A stretch of DNA of 64,000 nt, from NCBI GenBank assembly GCA_965249325.1, contig CBDFLP010000019.1:24950-88949 (forward strand). The letters are read 5' to 3'. The notes beneath the pieces are model-generated. The model was not told the DNA's origin. It saw only the letters and a program-made list of their open reading frames with translations, and did not search any database. Of this stretch, positions 1-7,170 are shown piece by piece. A program made the position numbers and the translations under genes. This stretch comes from Dehalococcoidia bacterium (GTDB taxonomy: Bacteria > Chloroflexota > Dehalococcoidia > Lucifugimonadales > Australimonadaceae). Every line of letters starts with the position of its first letter. Positions within the stretch are counted from its first letter, which is position 1.

Positions 1-298
1 CTGGTAATTGAAAAAGGAGAATGGTTCGAATACAAGAATATCAGAGCAAGAACGGCCACGGTGCTCTTGGTTCACGTGCCTGGATTCGATCTGGGGAGTG
101 AGGTCTTCAGTCGCTAGTCGTCTCTTCAAGCGGATTTAAGTACACGGGGTCCGATGCCTTTTGGGTAGGCCCGATTGCTCAGCGAGCCTTCGGTCTGAGA
201 GCTGCATGCCTTGCGAGCCCACTTGCCACGGACGTAAGGACTCTCCCTCCTTGACAGGGCTGGCGAGGCCTCCCTATTTCAACGCCTCAAGCAACCGC

Positions 299-420
299 CT
301 AGCCTTCTGACAGAACCTCCGCCTGTTCCAGCACGATACGCGGCGCCTTCTCCTGCCTACGGGCGGGTAGCCGTGCTTGCGGAGGATGCGGAGGCCGAGG
401 GCGCGCAGGTAGGCCCGCAC
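299..420 (-). pseudogene. Remnant of a type I restriction enzyme R subunit (HsdR) C-terminus
   Basis: Minus-strand translation gives VRAYLRALGLRILRKHGYPP (420..361) and, after a frame change, QEKAPRIVLEQAEVLSEG-stop (355..299). This resembles the conserved HsdR tail (LRKxGYPP..QE.A..VLEQAE), recalled from the family. A stop lies just upstream, so only ~40 codons survive. Confidence 0.35.
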
Positions 421-472
421 GTTTTACCGAAGGGTCCAGCTCCTCCTCGGAGCACGCCTCGCGGGCGCCCTG

Positions 473-498
473 GGTTCCCGCCTGCGCGGGAATGACGG
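473..498 (+). repeat. REP-like hairpin, family A (GGTTCCCGCCTGCGCGGGAATGACGG)
   Basis: Perfect 7-bp stem TTCCCGC/GCGGGAA with 4-nt loop. Related copies at 35641, 36255, 37479, 37914 and inverted at 56342. Confidence 0.75.
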
Positions 499-514
499 GA
501 GGGGCGGGAACGAC

Positions 515-530
515 GGGGGGGGGGGGGGGG
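515..530. repeat. Homopolymer G16 tract within a G-rich intergenic stretch
   Basis: 16 consecutive G counted at 515..530, flanked by GGGAGGGGCGGG and GGGAAGGGGGACGGGCGG. Confidence 0.9.
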
Positions 531-603
531 AACGAGTATGACGCGGGAAGGGGGACGGGCGGAAATTTCTCCCTTACCCCGCCACTGCTCCGGCGGATGG
601 TCG

Positions 604-1875
604 TCAGGCTGCGCCTACGTACATCTTCTCCAAGAGCGCGTCTTGCCAGCGGACGTTGTCGGGCAGGACCTCCTCGATGGCGCGGATGTTGTAGTAGGCG
701 TCGTTCGCGCCTAGGGGCGAGCCCCCGTCCTCGACCGCGCGCACCGCCTGCAGCAGCATCTTGCGCGTCGTGATGACGGCGCGGTCCGTCTGGCCGAGGT
801 GCTCTTGACTACGGTCGACGATCGGCCCCATCGCTTCTTGGACGGCCCTGTCCTGTGCGTTGATGCCCTTGATGCCGGTGAAGGTGTCCGTGCGTTGCAG
901 CTCGCGGTCGATCATCCAATCGTTGCGGGGGTTGCGAAGGCTCCGCCACGTCGTCTGGTCGACATCGTCCGGGCCGTTGCCGGTGAGGAGCTCGTCGCGC
1001 TCGCCCTGGGTGAGCGGCTCGTCCAGGGTGTAGAACCAGTTCCAGACCATCGTGGTCTCGTCGTCAATGGGGACCCAGTGGTGGCCGGCAATCTTGAACT
1101 TGAACCAGGAGCCGTCGTTGTTGAGCTGCGCCGCTCGTATCTGGACATGCGGCATCACGAAGTGGTAGGTGCGGACATAGTTGGAGTCCTCGCCAGGGAT
1201 GGCCCGTATCGAGCCGTAGCGGTAGCCATAGTCCGTCGGCTCGACCTCCAGTTTGGAGGCGGTCGCCTTGGCCCGCAGGCCGTCCAGTCCAGCCGCGCCG
1301 CCCGTGCCGAATTTGCGGTGGAGGAACGAGGAGTGCACCGAGTCTATGCCGCCTTCCAGCGCCTGGAGCCAGTTGCACTCCTCGATGACCTTGGAGGCGT
1401 GCCGGTGCGTCTGGGGCTGACCGGTAAACTCGAAACGGGGTTCCGGCGGCGTCTGTTCTTTCGGGCCCATGTACGTCCAGATGACGCCGCCTATCTCTAT
1501 GGCGGGGTAGGAGGTGGTCCGCACTTTGCGGCTGAAGTCGTACTGCGCGGGTTCGTTGGGCATGTCCACGCATGCGCCGTCTACGTCGAATTTCCAGCCG
1601 TGGTAGACGCACCGGATGCCGTTCTCCTCGTTCCGCCCGAGGAACAGGGAGGTGAGACGATGGGGGCACCACTCGCTCACGAGGCCGATGCGGTTGGACG
1701 TGTCGCGGAAGGCGACGAGGTTCTCGCCAAGGAGCCGCACGCGCACGGGGTCGCAATCGGGGTGCGGCAGCTCGTGGGAGACAAGGACGGGCTGCCAATA
1801 GCGACGCATGACCTCGCCCATCGGCGTACCGGGCCCCACGCGGGTGAGTCGTTCGTTGTCCTTGGTTGATAGCAC
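604..1875 (-). CDS. Rieske [2Fe-2S] ring-hydroxylating oxygenase, alpha subunit
   Basis: 423-aa ORF with Rieske motif CPHRLTSL..CVYHGW and N-terminus MLSTKDNERLTRVGPGTPMGEVMRRYW. Paralog of 52165..53382. Confidence 0.85.
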   Translation of the reverse strand: MLSTKDNERLTRVGPGTPMGEVMRRYWQPVLVSHELPHPDCDPVRVRLLGENLVAFRDTSNRIGLVSEWCPHRLTSLFLGRNEENGIRCVYHGWKFDVDGACVDMPNEPAQYDFSRKVRTTSYPAIEIGGVIWTYMGPKEQTPPEPRFEFTGQPQTHRHASKVIEECNWLQALEGGIDSVHSSFLHRKFGTGGAAGLDGLRAKATASKLEVEPTDYGYRYGSIRAIPGEDSNYVRTYHFVMPHVQIRAAQLNNDGSWFKFKIAGHHWVPIDDETTMVWNWFYTLDEPLTQGERDELLTGNGPDDVDQTTWRSLRNPRNDWMIDRELQRTDTFTGIKGINAQDRAVQEAMGPIVDRSQEHLGQTDRAVITTRKMLLQAVRAVEDGGSPLGANDAYYNIRAIEEVLPDNVRWQDALLEKMYVGAA

Positions 1876-1946
1876 GGTCAGACTCCTTTGGCGCCTACGC
1901 CTGAAGAGCGTTTGTACCCCTAGGGAGCGCGCCTGTCAACGCCCGG

Positions 1947-1968
1947 CCGCTGTCGGTAACTGTTCAGA
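1947..1968. promoter_or_regulatory. 22-bp repeat, copy 1, in the divergent promoter region (candidate operator)
   Basis: CCGCTGTCGGTAACTGTTCAGA. Partner at 2046..2067 contains the same CCGCTGTCGG decamer and the inverted TCTGAACAATTA. Confidence 0.4.
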
Positions 1969-2045
1969 CTTCGTGAGGTCCGCCGGGCCAGGCGGTCTCA
2001 CCGGACAGCATGTTTTACTCTCCGCAGGCATTTCGCCTCATCAGA

Positions 2046-2067
2046 TCTGAACAATTACCGCTGTCGG
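2046..2067. promoter_or_regulatory. 22-bp repeat, copy 2 (candidate operator)
   Basis: TCTGAACAATTACCGCTGTCGG, 26 nt upstream of ATG 2093. Mirrors 1947..1968. Confidence 0.4.
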
Positions 2068-2092
2068 CCCCGCCGCCCGCGGGCAACCCGCG

Positions 2093-3100
2093 ATGCGGCT
2101 GATTGCCGGTATCATGGAGCCCATCAACACGTTGGAGTTTCCCATGCCCCAAGGAGTCATCGGCGTCGCCGCTATGGGCGGCGACAGCAACCAAGTCCTC
2201 AACCGCATCGAGGACTACGAGGAGCGCGGCATCGGCGCGGCCTGGCTCACCGTCGGCAGCGCGAATCTGGACGGCATTACGCTCATGGCCGCCGCAGGCG
2301 TGCGGACCGAGGAGATACTGCTGGGGACGTGCATCGTGCCCACGTGGGGACGACATCCCGTCGCCGCCGCGCAGCAGGTGCAGGTGGCGGCGCAGTTATC
2401 CGGCAGCCGGTTCCGTTACGGCATCGGCCCGAGCCACGTGGCGGCCATGCAACGCGTGTTCGGCGCGGACTATCGCACGCCGGTAACGGCGCTCCGCGAG
2501 TACCTCACCATCGTCAAGACGCTGCTGGACACCGGCGCCGTCGAGTTCGAGGGCAAGATATACCGCGCCAGCGTCGCGCTGCCCGCGCCCGTGCCCGGCG
2601 TGCCCGTTATGGCGTCGGCACTGCGCCCGAAGTCGTACGAAACGTGCGGGGAGCTTGCGGACGGCGCCATCAGCTGGGTGTCGCCCGGAACATATCTGCG
2701 CGACGTCGCGCAGCCCGCTATGCGGCGCGGCGCCGAGCGTGCCGGACGCCCCGTTCCGCCGCTCATCGCCCACACGCCGGTCTGCGTTCACGACGATCCC
2801 GACGAGGTGCGCGCGGCGGCGCGGGAGCAGCTTGCCAACTACCCTCGCTCCCCCTTCTATCAGGCGATGTTCGCCGAGGCCGGCTTCCCCGAGGCGGGCG
2901 AGACGCAAGGCTGGAGCGACGCGATGATCGAGGCGGTGGTGCTCTCGGGCGACGAAGAGCGCGTCCGGGAGCGCATCGCCGGGATGTTCGAGCTTGGCGC
3001 GGACGAGATCATCGTCTCGGTCGTGACCGCGGGAGAGGATGCCGCGGCGTCCCGCGAGCGCACGCTGTCTCTGCTTGCCGAGGCCGCGGGAGGCCGATAG
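2093..3100 (+). CDS. LLM-class (luciferase-like) F420/flavin-dependent oxidoreductase
   Basis: 335-aa ORF with typical LLM features (IGVAAMGG.., GIGPSHVAAMQRVFG, C-terminal GADEIIV). Start could be 2114 or 2144. Confidence 0.7.
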   Translation: MRLIAGIMEPINTLEFPMPQGVIGVAAMGGDSNQVLNRIEDYEERGIGAAWLTVGSANLDGITLMAAAGVRTEEILLGTCIVPTWGRHPVAAAQQVQVAAQLSGSRFRYGIGPSHVAAMQRVFGADYRTPVTALREYLTIVKTLLDTGAVEFEGKIYRASVALPAPVPGVPVMASALRPKSYETCGELADGAISWVSPGTYLRDVAQPAMRRGAERAGRPVPPLIAHTPVCVHDDPDEVRAAAREQLANYPRSPFYQAMFAEAGFPEAGETQGWSDAMIEAVVLSGDEERVRERIAGMFELGADEIIVSVVTAGEDAAASRERTLSLLAEAAGGR

Positions 3101-3181
3101 GAGGGTCTCTCGTTGACGCTCCCCATAGCGCCTCATATATCATCATCGGGCCGCCGCTGCGCGGAAAGGGAGACGACTTAG

Positions 3182-3424
3182 ATGGCGACAACCAAAGCGT
3201 TCGTGCTGATCGAGACGGCGGTGGGGAAGACCAAGGACGTGGTGAGCGCGCTCCACAACGTGTCCGGCGTGACATCGGTGGATGTCGTCACCGGCCCCTA
3301 TGACGTCATCTGCATCGTTCAGGCGGAAGACCTGAGCTCGGTGGGCGACACCGTCACGGGCAGCGTCCACACCATCGGCGGGATCGTGCGCACCGTGACC
3401 TGCCTAGCGGTCGGCAGCAACTAA
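3182..3424 (+). CDS. Lrp/AsnC ligand-binding (RAM) domain-only protein
   Basis: 80 aa, KAFVLIETAVGKTKDVVSALHNVSGVTSVDVVTGPYDVICIV pattern. GGGAGA ribosome site upstream. Confidence 0.65.
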   Translation: MATTKAFVLIETAVGKTKDVVSALHNVSGVTSVDVVTGPYDVICIVQAEDLSSVGDTVTGSVHTIGGIVRTVTCLAVGSN

Positions 3425-3443
3425 CGAGCGCCCTAGCATCATT

Positions 3444-3484
3444 TGACTGACGGATGCACAGGGGTGACTGACGGATGACAGGGG
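3444..3484 (+). repeat. Tandem 21/20-nt direct repeat TGACTGACGGATG(C)ACAGGGG x2
   Basis: Copy 1 at 3444..3464, copy 2 at 3465..3484. Read directly from the sequence. Confidence 0.85.
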
Positions 3485-3526
3485 TGGCCGGCAGGGACGT
3501 TCCAACCGGCGCCCCTGTTTTCGTTT
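3479..3526 (+). terminator. Intrinsic terminator after the RAM-domain gene
   Basis: GC-rich stem CAGGGGTGGCCGG / CCGGCGCCCCTG followed by TTTTCGTTT. Confidence 0.6.
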
Positions 3527-3537
3527 AGGGGGCCGAG

Positions 3538-3885
3538 GTGACGGAGCAGGACTGCATATTCTGCAAGCTCGGTCGGGGCGACATCCCCGCCGACAAGCTG
3601 TTCGACGATGGCGCGGTGTTCGCGATACGCGACATCGAACCGGAGGCGCCGACGCACGTTCTCGTCATCCCGCACGCGCATGCCGGGGCGCTTGCCGAGT
3701 CGCCCGAAGAGACGGTCTCCGCTGCTGCGCATTGCCTGACGGTCGCGCCGGGGATAGCGCGGGAACTGGGGCTTGGCGAGTCCGGCTACCGGCTCGTGGC
3801 GAATCAAGGGCCGGACTCTGGGCAGGAGGTCCCGCACTTCCACCTCCACATCCTCGGCGGGCGACGCCTCGGCGCCATGGGCTAG
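3538..3885 (+). CDS. HIT (histidine triad) family protein
   Basis: 115 aa with GTG start. Contains CIFCKL.., HVLVIPHAH and the triad HFHLHILGG. Confidence 0.85.
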   Translation: MTEQDCIFCKLGRGDIPADKLFDDGAVFAIRDIEPEAPTHVLVIPHAHAGALAESPEETVSAAAHCLTVAPGIARELGLGESGYRLVANQGPDSGQEVPHFHLHILGGRRLGAMG

Positions 3886-3887
3886 GC

Positions 3888-4469
3888 GTGGCCTTCGAGC
3901 TGCCGCCATCCCTCGACGCCCGACTCGACGCGCTGCCCGGCGGCCTTCGCTCGCACGTCGAGCGCGTTCGCGGAATCGCCCGCCAGCTTGCGGCGGTTCA
4001 CGGCGTCGACATTGCCATCGCCGACCTGACGGCGGCCGCCCACGACGTTGCGCGGCATATTCCGGGCCGCAGGCTGATCGAGGAGGCGGAGCGTCTCGGG
4101 ACCGGCGTGAGCGACGTGGAACGAGCGGCTCCCATCCTGCTGCACGGGCCCGTCGGGGCCGGATGGCTCCGCGAGGACGGCTCCATCGTGGACCCGGAGG
4201 CGCTCGAAGGAGTGCACTGGCACACCACAGCCCACCCGGACCTAGCGCCGGTAGGGAAGGTCGTCTTCATCGCCGACAAGCTCGACCCGCATAAGGCGAA
4301 GGCGTACCCCTTCCAGCCGGCGGTGCGGGAGGCCGCGTTCCGCGATCTGCAGGAGGGCGTGCTCGCCTTCCTTGACGGCACGATCAAGGCCCACGTGGAC
4401 CGTCGCGAGCTCGTCCACCCCATGAGCGCCGAGACGCGGAACCGGCTGCTCATGGCGCTGAATTGCTAG
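3888..4469 (+). CDS. HD-domain phosphohydrolase (YqeK-like)
   Basis: In-frame GTG 3888 lies 2 nt after the HIT stop; the listed ORF start 3732 overlaps HIT. Motifs AAAHDVARH, HWHTTAHP, FIADKLDP. Confidence 0.6.
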   Translation: MAFELPPSLDARLDALPGGLRSHVERVRGIARQLAAVHGVDIAIADLTAAAHDVARHIPGRRLIEEAERLGTGVSDVERAAPILLHGPVGAGWLREDGSIVDPEALEGVHWHTTAHPDLAPVGKVVFIADKLDPHKAKAYPFQPAVREAAFRDLQEGVLAFLDGTIKAHVDRRELVHPMSAETRNRLLMALNC

Positions 4470-4515
4470 CCCGCGAGCAATCCGCCAAAATCACGCACAT
4501 TTGTTCTGATAACTG

Positions 4516-4545
4516 TTGACACTGCCCGAACACGCGTTCTAATAT
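4516..4545 (+). promoter_or_regulatory. Sigma-70-type promoter (TTGACA-18 nt-TAATAT)
   Basis: -35 at 4516..4521, -10 at 4540..4545. An AT-rich island in high-GC DNA, 35 nt upstream of GTG 4580. Confidence 0.6.
4527..4540. promoter_or_regulatory. Candidate LexA (SOS) box 1, CGAACACGCGTTCT
   Basis: Matches the Gram-positive-type consensus CGAACRNRYGTTYC at 13/14 positions. Lies between -35 and -10. Confidence 0.55.
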
Positions 4546-4556
4546 GCCGCTAGTTT

Positions 4557-4570
4557 AGAACGCATGTACG
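4557..4570. promoter_or_regulatory. Candidate LexA box 2 (imperfect), AGAACGCATGTACG
   Basis: GAAC-N4-GTAC, one core mismatch. Lies between the -10 and the GGGAG ribosome site. Confidence 0.35.
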
Positions 4571-4579
4571 GGAGCCGCA

Positions 4580-5902
4580 GTGCTAACTCCAACGCCATAC
4601 CAACGTGAAATCGCAGCCGCTGTAGCTGGTGACGTGCTGCACGAACGAGCCTCCGTCTTTACGGTCGAAATGCCCTTGGGGGCCGGCGTCCGCGAACTGG
4701 CGTCCCAGCTCGAGATGCTCGTGATGAGCGTCAACGTGAATGCCGGAGGGTCGCTGCTCCGGGTGGCGCCTACCGAGGCGGCCTTGGTGAAGGACAGGCT
4801 CGTCGCCCACCTCCGCGAGGGCGCACTGAACGGGCTATGGTCGTCGACGGCGGAGAACGTGCGACTGGGCCGCGCCCGCGTCCGCTACGTGACCCACGAG
4901 CAGCTGCCGACGGTCCGGGGCTCCTTCAGCCTCATCCAGGTGGTCGACTCACACCTGCTCAACCACGCCGGACTCGAACGAATCCGGCTTCTCGCCGCGG
5001 CGTCCGGCGCAACCGCCGTCTTCTACGGGCGTCCCTGGAGTGGGGAGACCCCCTTCGAGCAGCTCAAGGTCCGAAACAAGCAGTCTCAAGCCTCCGACGG
5101 CGGGGCTCTGCACTTCCGGGCCCCCCTGGACCGCGTCATAGCGGAGCTCCCCGACTACGCCGACCGCGCCGCCAAAGCCCGCCAGACCCTCGGCGCCGAG
5201 CACCCGGAGTACACGACGGCCTATGAGCTGCGTCCCGTGACGGCGGGCCGGGCATTCCCCGTGGAACAGCTCCACAGTCTGTTCAGCGGCGGACGAGCGC
5301 GCAGGGCCGTCACGGGAGGCGAGGTCGTCGCATCTATCGTCCTGACGCGGCTGCCGGAGCCCGGCGCGGCCTTGCTCGCTCCAGCCTCGGCGACTGCCGT
5401 TGTCACGGTGGCGGAACGCGCGCCGGACGGCCTGCGAGTCATCGATCACCGATGGCTCGAAGCCGTCGACGCGGCATCGCTCGCCCGGGCCATCGCGCGC
5501 TTCACCTCGAAGACGTGGGCGTGCGCGCGGGTGACAGTACGGCCGCAGACGGGACGGACAGCGGGCCAAGTACGGCGCCTCCTGGATAGCGAGCTTGGCG
5601 CGCGCCGTGTGATCTGGCTCGACGACCCGCCGGTCGCGCGGAGCACGGAGGTCTCGGACCTCATCGCAGCCGTCCTGACGGGCCGGCTCAGTCTCTACGC
5701 CATGGACGGCTCGCACGAGTACCGGATGCTCCGCCACGAGGTTGAGAGCGCGTCGCTGCGCCTCGGCGATGGCCGCGGCCTTGACTTGGCGATGGAGGGT
5801 CCGAGGGAAGGGTTCCTCGAAGGTCTCTTAGTCCTTGCTCACTACGGCGCGGAGCGCGTACAGGAGCGCAACGGAACGCTCCCTGCCGCGCTCGCGTCGT
5901 GA
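4580..5902 (+). CDS. Hypothetical protein with terminase-large-subunit-like motif order and degenerate Walker motifs
   Basis: 440 aa with GTG start preceded by GGGAG. Contains TPYQREI, P-loop-like EMPLGAGVRE, LLRVAPTEAA and Walker-B-like LIQVVDSHLL; the C-terminal half is alpha/beta-like. Similarity judged by eye only. Confidence 0.35.
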   Translation: MLTPTPYQREIAAAVAGDVLHERASVFTVEMPLGAGVRELASQLEMLVMSVNVNAGGSLLRVAPTEAALVKDRLVAHLREGALNGLWSSTAENVRLGRARVRYVTHEQLPTVRGSFSLIQVVDSHLLNHAGLERIRLLAAASGATAVFYGRPWSGETPFEQLKVRNKQSQASDGGALHFRAPLDRVIAELPDYADRAAKARQTLGAEHPEYTTAYELRPVTAGRAFPVEQLHSLFSGGRARRAVTGGEVVASIVLTRLPEPGAALLAPASATAVVTVAERAPDGLRVIDHRWLEAVDAASLARAIARFTSKTWACARVTVRPQTGRTAGQVRRLLDSELGARRVIWLDDPPVARSTEVSDLIAAVLTGRLSLYAMDGSHEYRMLRHEVESASLRLGDGRGLDLAMEGPREGFLEGLLVLAHYGAERVQERNGTLPAALAS

Positions 5903-5974
5903 GGCGTGTTGCCTGGATTGCCTACATAACGGACGAATAGCCGACAACTAACGGAACCATTGAAGGAGGGAGAG

Positions 5975-6295
5975 ATGAGCAGTTACGCGAAGTCCCATCG
6001 ACGGCGGCGGGAGCCCGTTCTGGACGGGCCGCCAGAACAGCAGCACTACTCCGATACCGGGTGCGAGGTATCGATGTCGTGTCTGACGTGCCCATTGCCT
6101 CAATGCAAGTTCGACGACCCTACCTGGTACAAGACCTACAGGCGTCAAGGGCGAGACCTGGAGTTCCTCCTGGCCCACGTACAGGAGGGGCTCAGCGTCT
6201 TCGAGATAGCGGGGCGTTTCCGCGTGAGCCCGCGCACGGTGCACCGTGCGATCCAGCGCATCGAGGGCACCCCCCTGGCCGCGCAGGTCGCTTGA
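5975..6295 (+). CDS. Cys4 + helix-turn-helix DNA-binding protein
   Basis: ATG 5975 follows GAAGGAGGGAGAG. Contains CEVSMSCLTCPLPQC (C-x5-C-x2-C-x4-C) and then LSVFEIAGRFRVSPRTVHRAIQR, an HTH of sigma-70 region 4 or resolvase type. Confidence 0.55.
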   Translation: MSSYAKSHRRRREPVLDGPPEQQHYSDTGCEVSMSCLTCPLPQCKFDDPTWYKTYRRQGRDLEFLLAHVQEGLSVFEIAGRFRVSPRTVHRAIQRIEGTPLAAQVA

Positions 6296-6341
6296 CCGCT
6301 ACGCGCAATAGAACGCCCCATCGTCAGGCAACACAGAACCG

Positions 6342-6365
6342 GAAGCCGGCCCACGGGCCGGCTTC
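6342..6365. terminator. Hairpin between convergent genes (bidirectional terminator candidate)
   Basis: GAAGCCGGCC-CACG-GGCCGGCTTC, a perfect 10-bp stem followed by TCTCT. Confidence 0.5.
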
Positions 6366-6427
6366 TCTCTGCTCTAAGCAGTGCTCCTCCCCATCTGCGG
6401 GGGAAGGCGTCGAAGGGGATAGGAAAC

Positions 6428-6856
6428 CTAGTTGGCGCGCTCCAGAATCACCACGGGAATCTCGCGCTCCGTGCGCGCCTGGTATTCATCGTAGGGCGGG
6501 TAGACCGAGGCCATGTGCCGCCAGAGCTCGGGTTTCTCGTCGGCATCGGCGGTGCGCGCCGTCGCCTTGAAACCGTCGGCCTTGACCTGCACGCCGACGG
6601 AAGGGTTCGCCAAGAGGTTGCGGTACCACTGCGGGTGCTCGGGCGCACCGCCCCGCGAGGCCACGATCAGGTAGCGGCCCTCGTGCTCTCCGTAGATCAA
6701 CGGCGTCGTAATCTCGTTGCCCGACTTTCTGCCGATCGTCGTCAGGAGGAGCGTGGGATAGCCGCGCCACATGTGGCCGTCTTCACCGTTGCTCTGCCGA
6801 TAGCTTTCGATGTGATCGAGCACCCACTGAGGCTTGCCGCTATTGGACGTTTTCAT
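6428..6856 (-). CDS. Deazaflavin (F420)-dependent nitroreductase-family oxidoreductase (DDN-like)
   Basis: 142 aa. LLLTTIGRKSGNEITTPLIY..YLIVASRGGAPEHPQWYRNL is the family signature. Confidence 0.75.
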   Translation of the reverse strand: MKTSNSGKPQWVLDHIESYRQSNGEDGHMWRGYPTLLLTTIGRKSGNEITTPLIYGEHEGRYLIVASRGGAPEHPQWYRNLLANPSVGVQVKADGFKATARTADADEKPELWRHMASVYPPYDEYQARTEREIPVVILERAN

Positions 6857-6931
6857 GGCCCCACCCTCCTGACCTGGCCGCCGACATCAGCGGGCGCGGA
6901 CACCCATGCCGACGACGGTTTATAGGAAATA

Positions 6932-7008
6932 TGGTCGGGGTGATTGGATTTGAACCAACGGCCCCCTGCACCCCATGCAGGTGCGCTTCCGGACTGCGCC
7001 ACACCCCG
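6932..7008 (-). tRNA. tRNA-Pro (anticodon GGG)
   Basis: Reverse complement reads CGGGGTGTGGCGCAGTCCGG..CCTGC-ATGGGGT-GCAGG..GGTTCAAATCC..CACCCCGACCA. Cloverleaf folded by hand; CCA is encoded. Confidence 0.85.
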
Positions 7009-7170
7009 ACCTAGGCTAACGAGCGTAGCACAGCCCCGAGGCGACCGTCCAATGAAACGCGTCGCCGTTCCCGGGCAGACGAGAACCTAGCAGCCCCACG
7101 AATGGATTGGGGGTATAATGGCCATGACGGGCTCCAGAAGCCCGTTTACTTGTGGAAGGGAGCAAGCGCT

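Noticed and set aside
60-110. tmRNA- or tRNA-like signal (CCTGGATTCGATCTGGGG resembles the tmRNA 5' GGATTCGAC block)
   Set aside because: There is no GGGG acceptor start at the right distance, no complementary T-arm stem on either strand, no tag reading frame and no CCA-proximal acceptor. The match is probably coincidental.
799-1869. Long antisense/alternate-frame ORFs (also 10828..11994, 14288..15766, 20986..22248 upstream part, 39351..40874, 42448..44157, 54229..55221, 55299..56261, 60401..61711, 61075..62412, 62458..63996)
   Set aside because: They overlap genes with clear family signatures on the other strand or frame. Their translations are Arg/Pro/Gly/Ala-rich low-complexity strings, typical of stop-poor frames in ~65% GC DNA.
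4470-6931. Island anchored at the tRNA-Pro 3' end, covering the terminase-like pair and the DDN gene
   Set aside because: No direct repeat of the tRNA-Pro 3' segment was found near 4470..4520 (there is only a weak similarity in the wrong orientation), and no integrase is present.
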